From Phallusia mammillata (lineage: Eukaryota), in NCBI GenBank assembly GCA_965637545.1, contig OZ281494.1:14818001-14882000 (forward strand): a stretch of DNA of 64,000 nucleotides. Direction: 5' to 3'. Positions 35,701-50,700 of the stretch are shown piece by piece. The notes below the pieces were generated by a model. That model was not told the origin of the DNA, made no database searches, and saw only the letters and a program-made list of their open reading frames with translations. The position numbers were made by a program, and so were the translations under genes. How positions within the stretch are numbered: the first letter of the stretch is position 1; every line of letters starts with the position of its first letter.

Positions 35701-38700
35701 GTGGAGTAGGTGGCTTGGATCAAAATTTCTTCTACATCAGCTAAAGCCATCAGCAGGTGTTCCCTAGTAGCTGCCTGCCCATCTGCACGCGTCCAGTATT
35801 TCTAGAAGAATACATTTTGCAAAGCAAGGCAGAAAATTGAGTTAAACCTAATGTGACGAGCTATAACTAAACCTTGATGACGATAGAGGTCTAAATAAAA
35901 ATATACTACTATACGACAACAGCTCTGCCGTAAGCGCCTTGGTAATTGAATATAAACCTAAGCAACTATATGCAGTACCGTGTATGCCCATGAGACCACA
36001 CAAAAGGGCAATGTGTCGTCAGTCAAGACACAACATGACGTACATGGCAGGTAAATTGCTGCATTAAGAAGGTTTGAACTAATTTAATATCATGTGAGTC
36101 CTGGTCTATTTGCATACTGCTAATACCGTAATACTAAAACACTCTACCTCTACAGTAAAACTGCTTTGAACTGTTCCTACTGTGGATCATTGTAAACAGG
36201 AAACATATGAAAATTCACTGAGTGTTAGTAAAGTAACAGGCACGTTTATTCAATTTTTGCAGGTTGGTTCACTTTAGGACGTTTTTAACCCACAAAAGGC
36301 TACATATCACATGACCAGAGCTAGAAATTATTGTGACTAATGTGCACAGATAAAAATATGGCCTTCTTAGCTGTTAGGGGGTAATAAATACGTCTACAAG
36401 GTCTCAAACAGAACATATCACACCGTTATAATTGTATGCACAGCAATAAAAGCATTAAATAAAACAAAAAACATTTGGTTGATAAACCAGTTTAAGGCGA
36501 GAAATCTAAATTGGGCATATTTTTGGTACGGCCCAATACTGCTATTTGCGCAATAACAGACAGTTTACAAGATCTCGGTAATAGTTTAAACGTCATAGTT
36601 GCATTACGTAAGGTTGAACAAAAAGTTTAAAAAATATAGACAGAATAGTATGTGGCTAGTCTTTGGGGGAAGACGCACATTCAAATAGTCTGCCGCCGCA
36701 GGTCAAGACGTAAGTTCAAATGCGTCATGTCAGAGCACACAGAAACACGTACCTCGTGGAAGACAGTACCCCGTTCCGTCAACGCGTTCTGCACAACGTC
36801 ACCGGGAATGTATGAATAGAGCTCGATGTCGTTGCCACGCAATATGACGTCCGGTTCATTGATGGGACTTCCCCGCCGGTACGCAGTGAAACCAACGGAG
36901 TAGTTGAGTTGTCCACCATATGACACAATCTATATGCACGATAGGGGTTGTACCGTGTGTATGTATTGACGCACAAAGACAATTTACGTGTAGACATTTA
37001 GTTTATGACGCCATAGAGTGACGTTCGTATATTGCACGACGTCGCTGCCACATGACGTCACGGCATACGATTTTTTTTGCAAAAAAGGGAAATTACACGG
37101 CTATGTTGTTTAATGTCAATTATGTCATACAGGAATAACAAAGAGTGCTATCATTGGCAAGTGCACGTAATTATTCGTAGTGTAATAGCCAAAATATCAT
37201 TAAAAATAACTTTTGAAAATATCACGTTAAATAACATCCAGTAAATCAACATGAAATTCATACTAGTTACCTTGTCACCCTGATATTCTTCTGATAGTCT
37301 CCAGTAATATGTGATGCCGCGTGGTAAGGTCTCCATACGAGGATAGGACAATGAGTTAAACCCGTCCACCACCTCAAAACCATCGGTTGTTTGTGTGTTC
37401 AACTGACGGTTTGTCAACATGAACCCTCCGTTGTCTTCACTAAAGTCAGCTACCACCTACAAAATAACATGGAAGGTTCAGGAAAATTACAAAACTTTAT
37501 ATCAAATTTTGTTTCATAAGGCTTCAGAAGCATAAACCAGATTTAAGACGAAGAACAATCTATCAATTTTCTTCTTGAACTTTTTAAACAACGTCAAAGT
37601 CACAGTCAACGTTGCGTCACAAATTTTACTAGTGACGTCACATGTACCCCATGGCGGGCCTAAAGTCACACTATGCAAAAAAAGTTAATGGGTCGTCAAG
37701 ATTTCGTACCATCCAGTTTGTGTATGGCGTCATACATTTTAGTGATGACCTCATACTTCTCCAAACAAACTTTGAAGTGTGCGAAAATGAGAACTAGGGT
37801 TCATGTAACCTTATTCGCGAGTCATTAACCAGTCTGGGTCCGGTGACGAATCCAATTTTGTTTACAGACCTTATTACGTTGATAGCTTGCGGAGGTGCAC
37901 TGTCTGGTGAGTCCCATGCAGAAGCAGGGCAGACATCCGCCGTTGTACTCGAAGCTGAGATGGAAGAAACCCGGTCTGCATTCACCACAGTTGGAACCCT
38001 GTGTGCTTTCCTGTGAAATACAATATACGTGGTGTTATTGCAAACTGTTCAGGATTACAAATAATGTGTATGTAAAACCTGACATTAAACATTAAAACCA
38101 ATGGACGATAAAATATTTGGTTAAAACAGAATCAGACAGTTTTGCAAATATATTTCGCCTAAATGGTGTCAGTTTCTTATTCAAATAAAATCTTATTACA
38201 TGAGTTTTATACATTTTATATTTAAACAGTGATCGTCAAATAAAGGCCTGCTTTGGTTTTGATATATTACTGTAACTTTGGTTTTGATATATTACTGTTT
38301 GTTTAAAACCTGGTACGTTACCCACCTTGCAGTTACATTGTCCTTCAGAGTCGCACGTATTATCCACGGCACCACTAGGGTCGCAGTCACAGTTTGAAGC
38401 AGATTGTCTACAAGTTCCACCAGGACTCAGGGGATCACCTTCGTATCCTGGAGCACACCTAAATAAAAAAACGGCCGTTTGTTAAACAACAACGTGCATT
38501 TTTAAGCAAAGAACACCAAAAGCACAAAAAGTCACATTGTTTCGTTTGTGATTATACTTTAGTCTCCAACGCCAAAAAAGTGTGTTATGCTTTTGCTGGT
38601 TCAGATGTGTACCTTTCGCATCGGTCTCCGGCATAGCCGATTGGACAGCGGTCGCAGACAGGTTGACCACCGCGTCCCATTCTACATGTTGGCCGGGAAA

Positions 38701-41700
38701 CTTGATCCGTCCGCCCGCCGAGTGTAGGACAAGGACAGGGTTGACAATCTTCAACACCTCCAGCCCGTGCATCGCCGTAATATCCTGAAGCGCAGACCTC
38801 GCAGTTGTCGCCCACAGTGTTGTGGCTGCATGCCTGTGTAACGCAAAGGTTGTGTTTCATAGTTTGCACAACAGAAAGTATTGAATTTCGACTTAAAACT
38901 TCGTTTCTCAATTTTTAAAAGTAAAGGAACATAAGTACAAATCGCAAGAAAATTGAAATTGGACAAAACACACGTTACTATGCAACCAGCATTTTACAGG
39001 GTTTTGTGCAAATTCACAAAAATTAAAAAATACAATGTTTATCTCAAGTTATAAAAAACTTACCTGACAAATACCAGAATCCAGGTCGCACTCTGCACTA
39101 TGTCCGTGACAGTTACATTTTTGACAGGTTCCAAGGTAACTGTTTCCATTCTGAACTCTGTAGAAGCCCGAAGAACATTCCTACAGAAACGAAACCACAA
39201 ACCGTTTTTTAAACTTGCTTTAAAAAAGTTCAACCTTTAGGCACATAATGGGTTTGTGGAGTATAATATAGTATGAAGCCATGATGTGCTTCGTTATGTA
39301 ACTTAAAATTTTCATGCAATATTATAAACACAGAATGTGGACAAAGGCAGTGTTAACAATGTGCAGCAAAAAAACAGAAACAGTGTTGGATTCTATCAGC
39401 ACATTTGACAAGTGAACTGTTGTCAGCGGCGTCAGTCAACACCTTACCTCACACGACAGGCCGCGATATCCCACTGGACATCGGCACTTTTCGACTTCCA
39501 ACGCTCTCTCCCGCCCAGTCTCGCGATCCACAGCGGTTACTAAGTACATGCTGGTGATCCTTTGAATAGATATAGATAGATATTAATTGCTGATACCGGT
39601 TGGTGGCAGTTCATTAGGGTTTGGGTTGTGACCTGCTTTCTAACATCTGGTTTGAGTAGGAAGCCCGGACAAGGAATAACTCTATGTTGCTTAAAACCAT
39701 TAGGAGATCCTCACGAGAGGCTTGTGATCCATCAGGTTTTTGCCAGTTGTTCTGAAACACAAAGTATGATGCTAGTAAAACATCCCCTTGTACGTTTAAA
39801 TATATACTTTCAAACTCGCACGAATAAGAGAGGAAAAACGCGTTATAATAGTACATACGTATTTGGACTTGGATCGTTGTTTATCGCATTCCTAACTCCA
39901 ATAACCAATTTAGGGTAGACCACAAACACGCGGTTTCCCACAATAATCTATTGCATTTCAGTCCGAGGGATTGTATATCTTGCCCAAACCACCCAACCCC
40001 AAACCCATTAAGTAGCTAACCTTAACCAGAAAGGAGAAATTATGGTCTTTTTGCAACACGATATACGGATTACACGGATCTGTTCATAATCTAATGAGGT
40101 ATATAACAGCCAAAATAGACGTAAAAGCGACATGTTCCATTTAAACGACGTTTTTGGTTTGTAACCAAGACAATTTGTTGCACTACTGTTTTTTTTAATA
40201 ACATGTCACTGAGACTTTTCGACAAACTCATTTCAAGCCGGAATTACACCAGTCTTGTGTATACTAAGGGCCGCCAGAATTGGAAGTTCAAAAAGTTTGC
40301 AAGTCTCCAACTTTGAAAACACAAAACACATCCTTTACCTTGAACTGTGTACGAACCCAAATACCAAAGCAACATCTTTCTTATCAATGACCACATACTT
40401 ACTTCTTGTATTGGTACAACGTATCTGGTGTCCGTTCCTGGCGGGGGATGACGCCCACTGACGTGGATCAACGTCTGTCCGTTTCCTGTCAGTCGGAGGT
40501 CAGCAATTCGAGTGATGGGCCTTGCGCTATTGCCTTGCTCGTATTGCACGATGTAATCAAACTGACCACCATATGAAGTCAACTGGACATGTAAGGAAAT
40601 CATTTTAGCGACCGTTCGCCAAGTATAAATGGACACACACGTTCAATAGGTTACTTTTAGTCTGTAAATAGCGGGAAAACAATGCTTATAAAGCTGGACA
40701 CTATGTTTCAATTCATTTTTCACCAAGGTGCCAAAATAGAATTATTTTTTTACTTTTCTATTGCGCTGTATGAGGTATTGAAACTTTATACAAGCACGGT
40801 GCTTTTGCATTTGCGCACGTAGCTCATATTAGGGTGTTTCTCCTATGTACCTTATTTCCGAGAAACTCATCGGGAAGCATCCAATAAAAAACATCTGAAT
40901 GCAATTGATCTAGATGGGCCACCACATATGGATGTCTGCGATTCTCCGTCGCTGTAACGAAAACGACGTCGTTTTGATAAGTCTCCACGCCGGCTGCGTT
41001 GGTCAGAACAAAGTTCTCAGAACGATCGTAATTTGGAATAACCTGTAAAAATTACACAAAGAACACATAAAATATGGTCGCTTTCTGTTGACGCAAATTA
41101 TGCCTAGCTGTTGGACTCTTTGCTCAAAAGTACTTTTAACGGATCGTAATGCATTTCTCCTGTAGGAGTGACACATATATACATAAATTGCAGTACGTTT
41201 AGCTTTCGTCGATGTGCCGAATGAAGCTAGTAACACTTCATGTAAAATCATGTTTTCGGTCATGTAAAAAAATCAACCCGTGGTGGAATTCGAACCCACG
41301 ACAGCACTCTAACCGACACTTGCCCATAACTAAATACGAGGGCACATTAAGTCCAAATTACCTTGTTGCACGCTTCACGTGTTATTTTCAAGTAAGTGGT
41401 TGTCATTTTAACCCTAGTCTGTACATATGAACATGTATAGCAGATAATATTCCTTAACTTTACAGGGATTCCCTCTGAAATGCCCATGTTCCAATTAGGT
41501 ATATGTTATGCAATTTAAAGTAGCAATTTTAATCAAAGTCTTAACTTCAGCCAATTACCTGGGCTTAACCCTATTTAGGCAAAATGTAAATGACATTATC
41601 AGTACTTACCATGAAAAATATTCAATTCGTGGGTAATCAATATAATGACACTGCCATACAACAACATTGTTAAGTTAGTTACACTACTTACATGTGATCT

Positions 41701-44700
41701 GTTCAAATTGGAACTTGTGCATTGATCAGTAATTCCCATACAGAAGCAGGACAGACATCCACCAGCATTTGCTTCAGACAGAAAGTAATGACCAGGCTTG
41801 CACTCGTTGCACCTGGGACCCTGACAACCCTCCTAAATAGATGACATTGGAACAATAAATATTTTATTTTAAAAGAGATTTTTTTCAATATTACCACAGA
41901 GTTTATTTATAGCATATTTTAGCAAAAAAAAAAAAAGATTTTTGAAAATATTTTCGGACAACATTCCTATAGCATAATCAGCAAAATCACAATGGCAAAG
42001 TATGATATTATGAGGGCAAATCAGCAACTTAAAAAACTACAAATCTAGGATCTAATTTAAAGCAAACTTATTTTTTTGCATTCATAAATTGTACGAAAGC
42101 TTCAAAAAGTTGGATAGGAAACATGGTCAAATCAATTCAATTTTTCAATCCAGTTTTGTCACTATTGAATTGCATGGAAAGCAGTGCCATTACAAAATTG
42201 CACCACACATATTTAATTACACTATTAATAAAGATTCTTAAGTTGATCATTTAACAGTCACAGCTATTATTATCAGTGAAAAGTATTAGAACAGCATGCA
42301 TTATTTTGCCAAAATTAAAGTTAAGTAAGTTTTTAAATTAAATTGTATTAGTAAAGCCCATGAAGCATAAACAAATTTGTTGAAATAATGTTTAAAAAAA
42401 TTTATCTTGGTGAAATGTAGGTTACTAAAATTAATAAATGATAAGCAGTTGGTACAATTAGCAAAGCAAATTAAACAAAAATTTAAGAAAGTATAAAGCC
42501 CAGCAGTAAAATTGTGAATCAGCAAAAGTTATGGTGAGGGTTAACCAAAATTGGTTGCAAAATTTCATTGATGATTTTAATACGGTTAGTTTGGCAAAGC
42601 AAAGTGTTTGAAGTAAATTGCTGCAGTTTGCGCAATATCCCACAATGTTTGTCAGATGTACACACAGTTTGGAAAGATTTAAAGTTTGATGATCCTTTTG
42701 ATGTGGTTAACACTAATTTACTGCTTGTTACACAAAAAACGGGGTCATTAAGGAGAGGTCATACAATTTATATGGCCAAAAAGTTTGTGCCTTTATAACA
42801 ATTTACAAAGACAGTACTGAGGTATAAAAACCCTTATGGACAGTTATGCAATGATATGGTTTTAGTTATGATATAACAGAGTGTTTAACCGTTTTGTGGT
42901 AACAGAAATATCAAATATTTTTTTTAGACCGAAGCACTTCACCGTTATTCTCTCCACCCAAAAAAATATCATTAATGTGCCACCAAACAAAACATCTGAC
43001 ACAAAACACTGCAAGAACTTTGTCTTAAACAACTGTTTAAGGCAAATATTAGTAAGCCATGCAATTGAAAGCAATTATACCTTGCACTGACAAGTCTGCC
43101 CAAAGCCAACACCAATACTACCAGCCACATCACAATAAGTGTCAGGATAGCGTGTGCAGCCGCCTAGGTAAGGGCTGTAGCCTTTAGCGCATTCTGTGCA
43201 ATTTTTGCCTGTGTAACCCTTTTTGCATACTTTAATTGGAGCACTTGTTGTTATACATTCTCCGATGTATGGGCCAGTCATATGCCTTTCATATCCAATG
43301 TCGCATTCCTGCAATAATTTAAGAAAATGTAATATAGGTGATCTTAGATTATAGAGAAATTTCCCAATTACCAACCAACTATGCTAGATGAAAAAAAAAA
43401 CAGTTTGTTTTAATTTTCACATGGCTTTAGTATGTTTTAAGGTGACAAAACTGTTTTTTAACTTTAAGCGAATAAAATGAATAAAACTAAAAATACAGCA
43501 ATTATAACTTAATCAGAATCGCTTTTCTTTTTTGTTCAATCCAGCAAAATATGCATTGCAATTAAAAACAATGTTTCACAGTGAACAAACATCAAGTGAA
43601 CTATCATGCTTCAATACCTCACAAGACAAGCCTGTATACCCTTCAGGGCAAATGCACTCTTCAACTGAAGATGCAATGACACCAGCTGAAACAGGTGATG
43701 AGGTTTTTTCTTTTGGCTCTGCGACTTGCAATGAAACATCTCCAATCCTGTAAAAATTTATCAGTCAAATGGGTGGATGTGTGAATACAAGCAGCGTAAT
43801 TTTACCCTGTGCTCAACATTGAATTGTCATAAGCGGTTCGTAGTAAGACACTGCTGATGTTACTAAGGACAGTTAGCATATCTTCTCTGGTCACTGGAGT
43901 TCCATCAGGCTTTTTCCATTTTTCCTTTAAAATATGTTACCTCATGACATAAAGATTCTTTAAGCAAGGTACTTGTGTATAGTTGCAGCTACTGTGGTCT
44001 GCTAATAATTTTGATGACAGCTGCAAACCAAAGGCTTACGAATTACATGAACTACATTCATGCTTTACATACGTAATCAGTTAAAGGACATAAAGCAGTT
44101 ACGGAAATGTATAATCTCAAATTATTGACAGAAAAAATTAATATCCTTTTAACTGCTTTTTTGATAAAAGTTTGTATACTTTCAACCAAATACTTAGGTA
44201 CTTTTACTAAAATACTAAAAAGCACTAAAATTCCTAATACAGTTCGGTGGAATTAAACCTTCGTTGATGTCATGTGAACAACAGTTTGACTTTAAAACAA
44301 AGGATTGTGTGGTTTGAATTGTAACCAGTCAGTCTACAGCAGATTATTAGGTCTACCAATATAGATACCTCATCAAAGACTGCCTCTGTAGTGTGCTTAT
44401 TAACTGGGCTGGGGTGCGGGCGATCATCTCGGTAGACCAAAGTTTGCCCATTTCCCACAAGTATAACGTCGCTGTTGTTTGTGGGCAGCGAAGGAAAGTT
44501 GTAAGAATTGTTGTAGCTAAATGAAAATTTTAGCGTTCCACCATAACTGTTTATCTGGAAATAAAAACATTAATTAAATCAATTTTCTACACAATGAATT
44601 ATCAATGCAAAAGACGAATTCTGAAGAGTTGAATTACAACCAACTATTTTGACTTGGAATTTAAGCTAAGTCAAGCTGTTTTTAAAACCGCTTGGAGAGG

Positions 44701-47700
44701 TTGACAATCATTTTCAGCAAAAAAAACAGCAACACCCAAATACATACCTTGGCTCCCAAAAATTGTGCAGGCAAGCTCCAGTAATGGGCAGCTGCCAAAA
44801 ATCGTTTGGACAAGTCAATCAGTTGAAGTTCTTTGGCAGCAGGGTTAACAGTAATTTGATTGCTGTTGATCGGTTCTGGAGATCCAGGTACTCCACCTTC
44901 TATCTCCGCTGGCTCAAGATCTACTACACTTACGTCCTCTGGCTCATCAAATGTTATTCCAATCTGAATTTAAAATAAAAGATTTTTTGTCTTTTGTATT
45001 GCCTATTTTGGATAAAAAACATATGAGTAAATGTTCCTGGTTTTTTTTTAAATGTTAACATTAATAAAAATGATACAGTCCTTACAGCTGTACACATTAT
45101 TTTGTGTTTTGTTATATTCATATTTGAATTTTTTTTTAATGAAAATTGTTTGCTGTCTGTAAGATATCATAGTGTTTTTCAACAAACTTATTGACAGATC
45201 GGCCAAATGTGTTTATTTGACTTCAGTCATTAGTGCATGACTTATTTACAGTTATTCTCAAAGTCTTTAAAAAGCATATAAATGTTAAACCAAATGTTTA
45301 GCATCTTAATTGTAATTTGTATTCAGGCACCCGTTGTGTTTATTTTGGTGAACCTTATCTTACCTACAATCCAATGGAGCTACTAGTAATCGGTTGTTGG
45401 TAAATAACATTAAGCCTAGATAAGCTTACCTCTTTAAATTCGAAGTTGCTTGAATGACACTGATCAGTGACGCCAAAACAGAAGCATCGCTTGCAACCGC
45501 CTGTGGCATCAGATGAGCTGTTGAACTCCCCAGGGGGACATTCTTCAGTTTCATCAGCCGGTGTTGGTGATGATAATGGTGGTGGTATTGACGTAGCAGC
45601 TAAACATAATTGCCAGTTAAATTCAGAGTTAAAATGCTTATCCACAGTAAATGTTTAGTTTGATTATTACTTGGTTCAGAATCAGTCACTACCAACACAA
45701 GGTCAGGTACAGCCAAGATTGCACCTCCCCTGTTCAGCCCTTCACATGTATAAGCTCCTTGATCTGAGGGTTTCACTTTTCTGTAATAAGAAGAGCAAAT
45801 ATAAAGTTAATGAGGCAAATTTGTTTGATATTGTGAAATGTAACACTATACCTTATAGTCAGGGTCCCGACACCATCTCTGGATGTCATGGTTACCCTAG
45901 GTTCTGGGGGCACATTGCCCCAGTTAACTCTCCAAGAAATGATGGGTGTAGGTGTACCCACACCCTCACATCTCATAGTAACTGTCTCTCCTTGTTTGGC
46001 TTCCATGCGATTGGGTGGTGGGACAATAATAACAGGGGCAGCTGAAACAAAGCATCAACTCATTTACCAGTTTGCTTGTTTGTTTTTAAAGGTTACAGAT
46101 ATTGGGAAAAATCTTCATTGAAATATAGGCTGCCTTTAATTGTTTATTGAGAAGTGAGGAACGTATGGATTACTCACAGCATCCACGTTCATCACTATTG
46201 TCCTCACAGTCTTGTTCTCCATCACATTGGTAACTTCCAGGAACACAACTTCCATCGCCACATTGAAAGTGTGTTGATGGGCAGGCCCCATTTGGCTCAT
46301 TTGCTGAAGGAACAGGTAATGGTAAAAAAATAATTTATAAGATTTATTATTATACTCATTAAAGTTTTTTTAAAGTTTTTTAATCCATTGAAATTGTTAG
46401 TCTATTTTTATGGTGATTTTTTTTTCTTTTCCTCAGCGAAATAAACACAACATTTAAAAAAAAACCACAACTTACGACAGTTTCGCTCATCAAAGCCATT
46501 GCCACAGTCATCATCTCCATCACATCGCCAATGCTTCTGTGCACAGATAGCTGTTCCAATGCAAAGAAATTGTGTGGGATCGCATTCACTGGAAGTGCCA
46601 GCTTTAAAAAATGTTGAACAATGTTTAAGTCCAACTCCCAAAATGTTGCAACTGCAACACAACTTAAACATACTAGAGCATGAATCCTCATCACTTCCAT
46701 CATAGCAGTCAATAGCTCCATCGCAGACATACAATCGGTCAATGCACTGAAGATTTTTACAAGTTGCTTGACCAGGTCCACATGACACAGGCCCGTCATC
46801 TTCAGAACTGTAAAGTTAAAAATATTAAAAATATATTTGTTAAATATTAGTTGGATTTCTAAAGATCTCACCTTTAAAATAAATATTTAGATACAACATA
46901 AAATGATGTATAAAACCAGGCCAAACAAACCTGTAAGCATCTGGAGGTGTAGGCTCAGTGGTGGTTGTGGTTGCGGTTGCTGTGGTGACCTAAACCAAGT
47001 ACTTAATTTAAAGTCAACATCAAACATACCACACAAGAAAGTTTACATCTAGTTAGGGGAAAAGGGTTTTTCTTCAGCAACTTTTTACACAAGTTGTCTT
47101 CACACAATGTAGGCTTTAGCTAAAAAGTGATTTTAACTTACATCAAATTCATCTGCTACAGTGAATGTCGTTGTAAATGGTTCTGTTGGTGCCACTGTAA
47201 CTTCTAAAAAATGTCAAACTAATCATTAAAAATGGACAACTTCAAAACACAATGTTACTCAAAAAGGTTCTTTTCGTCAGTAAAGCAGAAAAGTGTTTCA
47301 TCAATATACATGTACATTTTATTTGATAGTTTATCAGAATTTATTTGAAAATAACAAATTAAAACTTACGACATTCCTCTCTGCCAGGGTCAGTGCCAAT
47401 ATACTTGATTTTAAAAGGATAGGAACTTAAACGAAATCTTCCTAGTGTACCACCTCTAACAAGTGAAACCATGGCATTTGTTATTTCATCAGATGAAATG
47501 CTTTCACATGTTCCAACATCCACCATAAGAATAGCATCATTGCCACTTTGACTAAATAACACAAAAGACGTGAGACAATACAGAACATAGGAACACTGCA
47601 CATTTGTATTGTTATCCTTACGTAAACATCAACGGAGTGGCTTCAAGATAGCCATCAAACTGGGATGCCAAATAGTCTTCCAACTGAAATTTAAAATGTA

Positions 47701-50700
47701 TGCAATTATACAGTAAAATATAGACAATTTATTAAATTATATTATATCTATATCTGTTACTTACCAAAACCATAATTTCACCAGCCAAATCATAAAACTC
47801 ATCGGTATGGTGATCTTTCAAGTTTGGTGTCAAAGCAATGGAATCCAAAAAGTTGATGTCATTTCGATACCAAACTAAAAAACAAAATTTACCATTTGTT
47901 GTGCAAACTCTATCAGTTCACAAATTAAAAATCACAACATCAAACATACTCCAATCAGTGCCTGATGTGCTTTGGTCAACTTCATTAGAAGGGTTTACTG
48001 GAGGAGCAAGATCATCAAGAGTTGCTTCACTTCCACTTCCAGCCACAACATCAAGATCTGTACTAGCCCTTCGAGTTCTCCTATTCAAAAAGTTTAATGA
48101 CAATGAAGAATCCAACTGCATCCCAACTTCTTTGGATACTCTTTGAGCAAGGATGCGCTGACGAATGACATTTCTATCCTAAAAAACAATATTGTGTACT
48201 AATTTCCTGCCCGATCTCATGGTGGTTTTGCTTAAATAATCCGAACTGTTAATGACCACCAAAGATGTTTAACATGAAACAACAAAATACCATTTCAAAC
48301 TAAAATTGCATTATAAATAACCTGAATGTCAACATCAAATAAACTTTAGAGTAAAAACCAAATGTTGAAAAAAAAGTTAAAGCAAAGAAACATCGCAAAG
48401 ATGTTGTGAAAGTTGTGTTTTAGGTTTTAATTTAAAATCCATTTGCATTGGTAGATGATAACAAACTAATTCCAATATTAAGTGTGGCTGGTTTGTGTTC
48501 TGCTGTGGTGGTTTTGTGAAAAAATAAAATACATTTACTCTGTAAGATTCAGACCTATATTAAAATTGCATTTGAAAGAGGTGTATTTAAAAGAACTAAC
48601 CAGCAGTGGTTACAGAACATACATAATAAAAATTGGTAGTGTAGTGGGGTTGTAGTTATCCAGTACCTCAGACACTACCAGGGTTGCGCTGCAAATGGCA
48701 CACGTGTTTTTGTTTGTAAATACGCTACGAAACACGTGACATTATCCATCAATCCCAAATTGAGCATCAGCGCAGTCAAGTTGGCGCTTTCAAGTGTATG
48801 ACAAAGAGTAACATTAGGCTTGAGAGAAAACATTAACAGGTCAATTTTATGTGTGTGAAATCGGGACCTAAAATACATCTACAAATTGGGAGATATAGTA
48901 AATTGTTTTGGCCGCAAACAGATGGCGGCTTTACCCTCCACATTTACACCTAATTTCCTCAGACAAATGGTCATGACTAAAAGCGATGGCGCAAGCGAAG
49001 TGGCATGACGTAATCACCGCATTAGACAACGCCAAGACATCTTTTCAAGTGTGGGACATCCACTTCAAGGCGAATGTATTTCCATTAACCGCAAAGGTGT
49101 CACGAAAGCATTTTTAAATAAGGCGCCGTAGCTAACTTCAAATAGACACTCAAGAGGATCACAAGCATTAACGTGAGACCATAGCAGAACCGTGGAACAC
49201 CGGAAAGGGGTGTTGTTAAGCCTTTCATGTGTAACAGCTGTCCATTCATCGCACGGCAGAGCAAAAGACAACACACCTGGACAAACTAGGTGTCTCTGAC
49301 ATTGAGAGAACCTAAATTACGTGATTGCCTCCTATATGCAGAGGCTTACACGGCTGATATGCGGAAACCGCTGAGTGAATACATAATGCACTCCAGATGC
49401 GGAGGAAGGTCCTGTGGGAAGAAACAACCGCACAAATTCGGCTGAGATAAAGTCGTCCGACCATCAGCTTTTGTTTCAAACATTGCGGTGTGTGCGGTCT
49501 GAACGTTATCTTTTTAGTGCGTAGATTCCTTAGACTTCGAGCACCCATGACCTCGCCGCAAATAGTTCACGTCTAGCTTTCGAAATATTGCGTGGTCTGC
49601 GGCAAACATTGACGAATGTGGCTTACAGCCAATAAACGAAAGCGTAGGCGGTCTAGGTTAGAGACGAGATTGTCGAAATGTAGGATTTCTTGACCATAGC
49701 CTACTGTGTGATTGCACTATTACTACATTTCCCACATTCTATTTCGGGCAACTGGTGTGAAAAAGGTACAGTAATCCTGTGAAAATCAGTTTTAATTAGC
49801 GGTCTGGGCGCAAACTTGAGGTTTAACCATAATCAGCTGTCTTTAGGGTTGACCAACGGACCGACCACCGTGTTTTGGGTCGGAAACAGCTAAACCAAAA
49901 CCAAACACTTGGCCGAGCTTTTGCTGTGCGCCAGACGACACCTTTGCTCTTCAACCTTAGCGTAACATTGCTCCCAGACTGGGGGCATAATTTGATAACA
50001 GCGGGAGTTTCAACAAAGCAGCCTCTCGACCGTGAGTATGTGAAACGTGTTGCCACACAAACGTCCACTTCCTCGCGATCGCTACCCTATTTACCATTGC
50101 CTGGTTTTATATCTTTTGGGTCCGATAGAAACCTGTGGTGGTCCTTTATTGTCAGCGCGTGCCTTAGTTGTGACAGAATACGATATCAACAAATCAAGGG
50201 CGGAAAAATGGAACAGTTAAACAAACATCCCACCAGAGACGTTCACAGTTCAGTGCTTGTGTGTAGAATCATCGCACTGAAGCCTAATATGGGTTAACTG
50301 TGCCTGAAGCAGGTAATAACAAGTGTCCGTCAAAACCACATCCTGTGTAAGATCAGCTCAGCTCAATTAAAAAGCATAGAAAATTGGAGGAAAATTACTT
50401 CGCAACATCCTCATTGCCAATGCCGGTTAACCTATCACGAGATCATCCTATTGTCGATTATTTGATATTCTGGGGATAAACGTGTTACATTACACCGTTT
50501 ATATGCAGCCTGGTTAAGTGGTGATCAGGTTAGGTCAATGTGCCATCGGCCATGACGACTCACAACGCAATTTACGGGCACTTTCAAAAACCGCCTATGT
50601 AAACATTACTTCCCATTGAACAAACGGCATTTGATGTGCACAAATCACATCTGTAGCGTTACTGCTGCGACTGCGGCTGGGATGAAACGCCGTAGCAGCG

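Larger units (their letters stand above)
33500..45598 (-). other. Perlecan domain III (three laminin B domains and laminin EGF repeats)
   Basis: Three SYGG-x-L/F-x-Y type segments (about 44550, 40580, 36920), [12 protein letters not shown] and [16 protein letters not shown] motifs, many C-x-C-P-x-GY-x-G-x-x-CE repeats; boundaries approximate. Confidence 0.88.

Noticed and set aside
36010-36050. CTGACGA motifs on the minus strand here and at 47274
   Set aside because: No GAAA after the putative stem II
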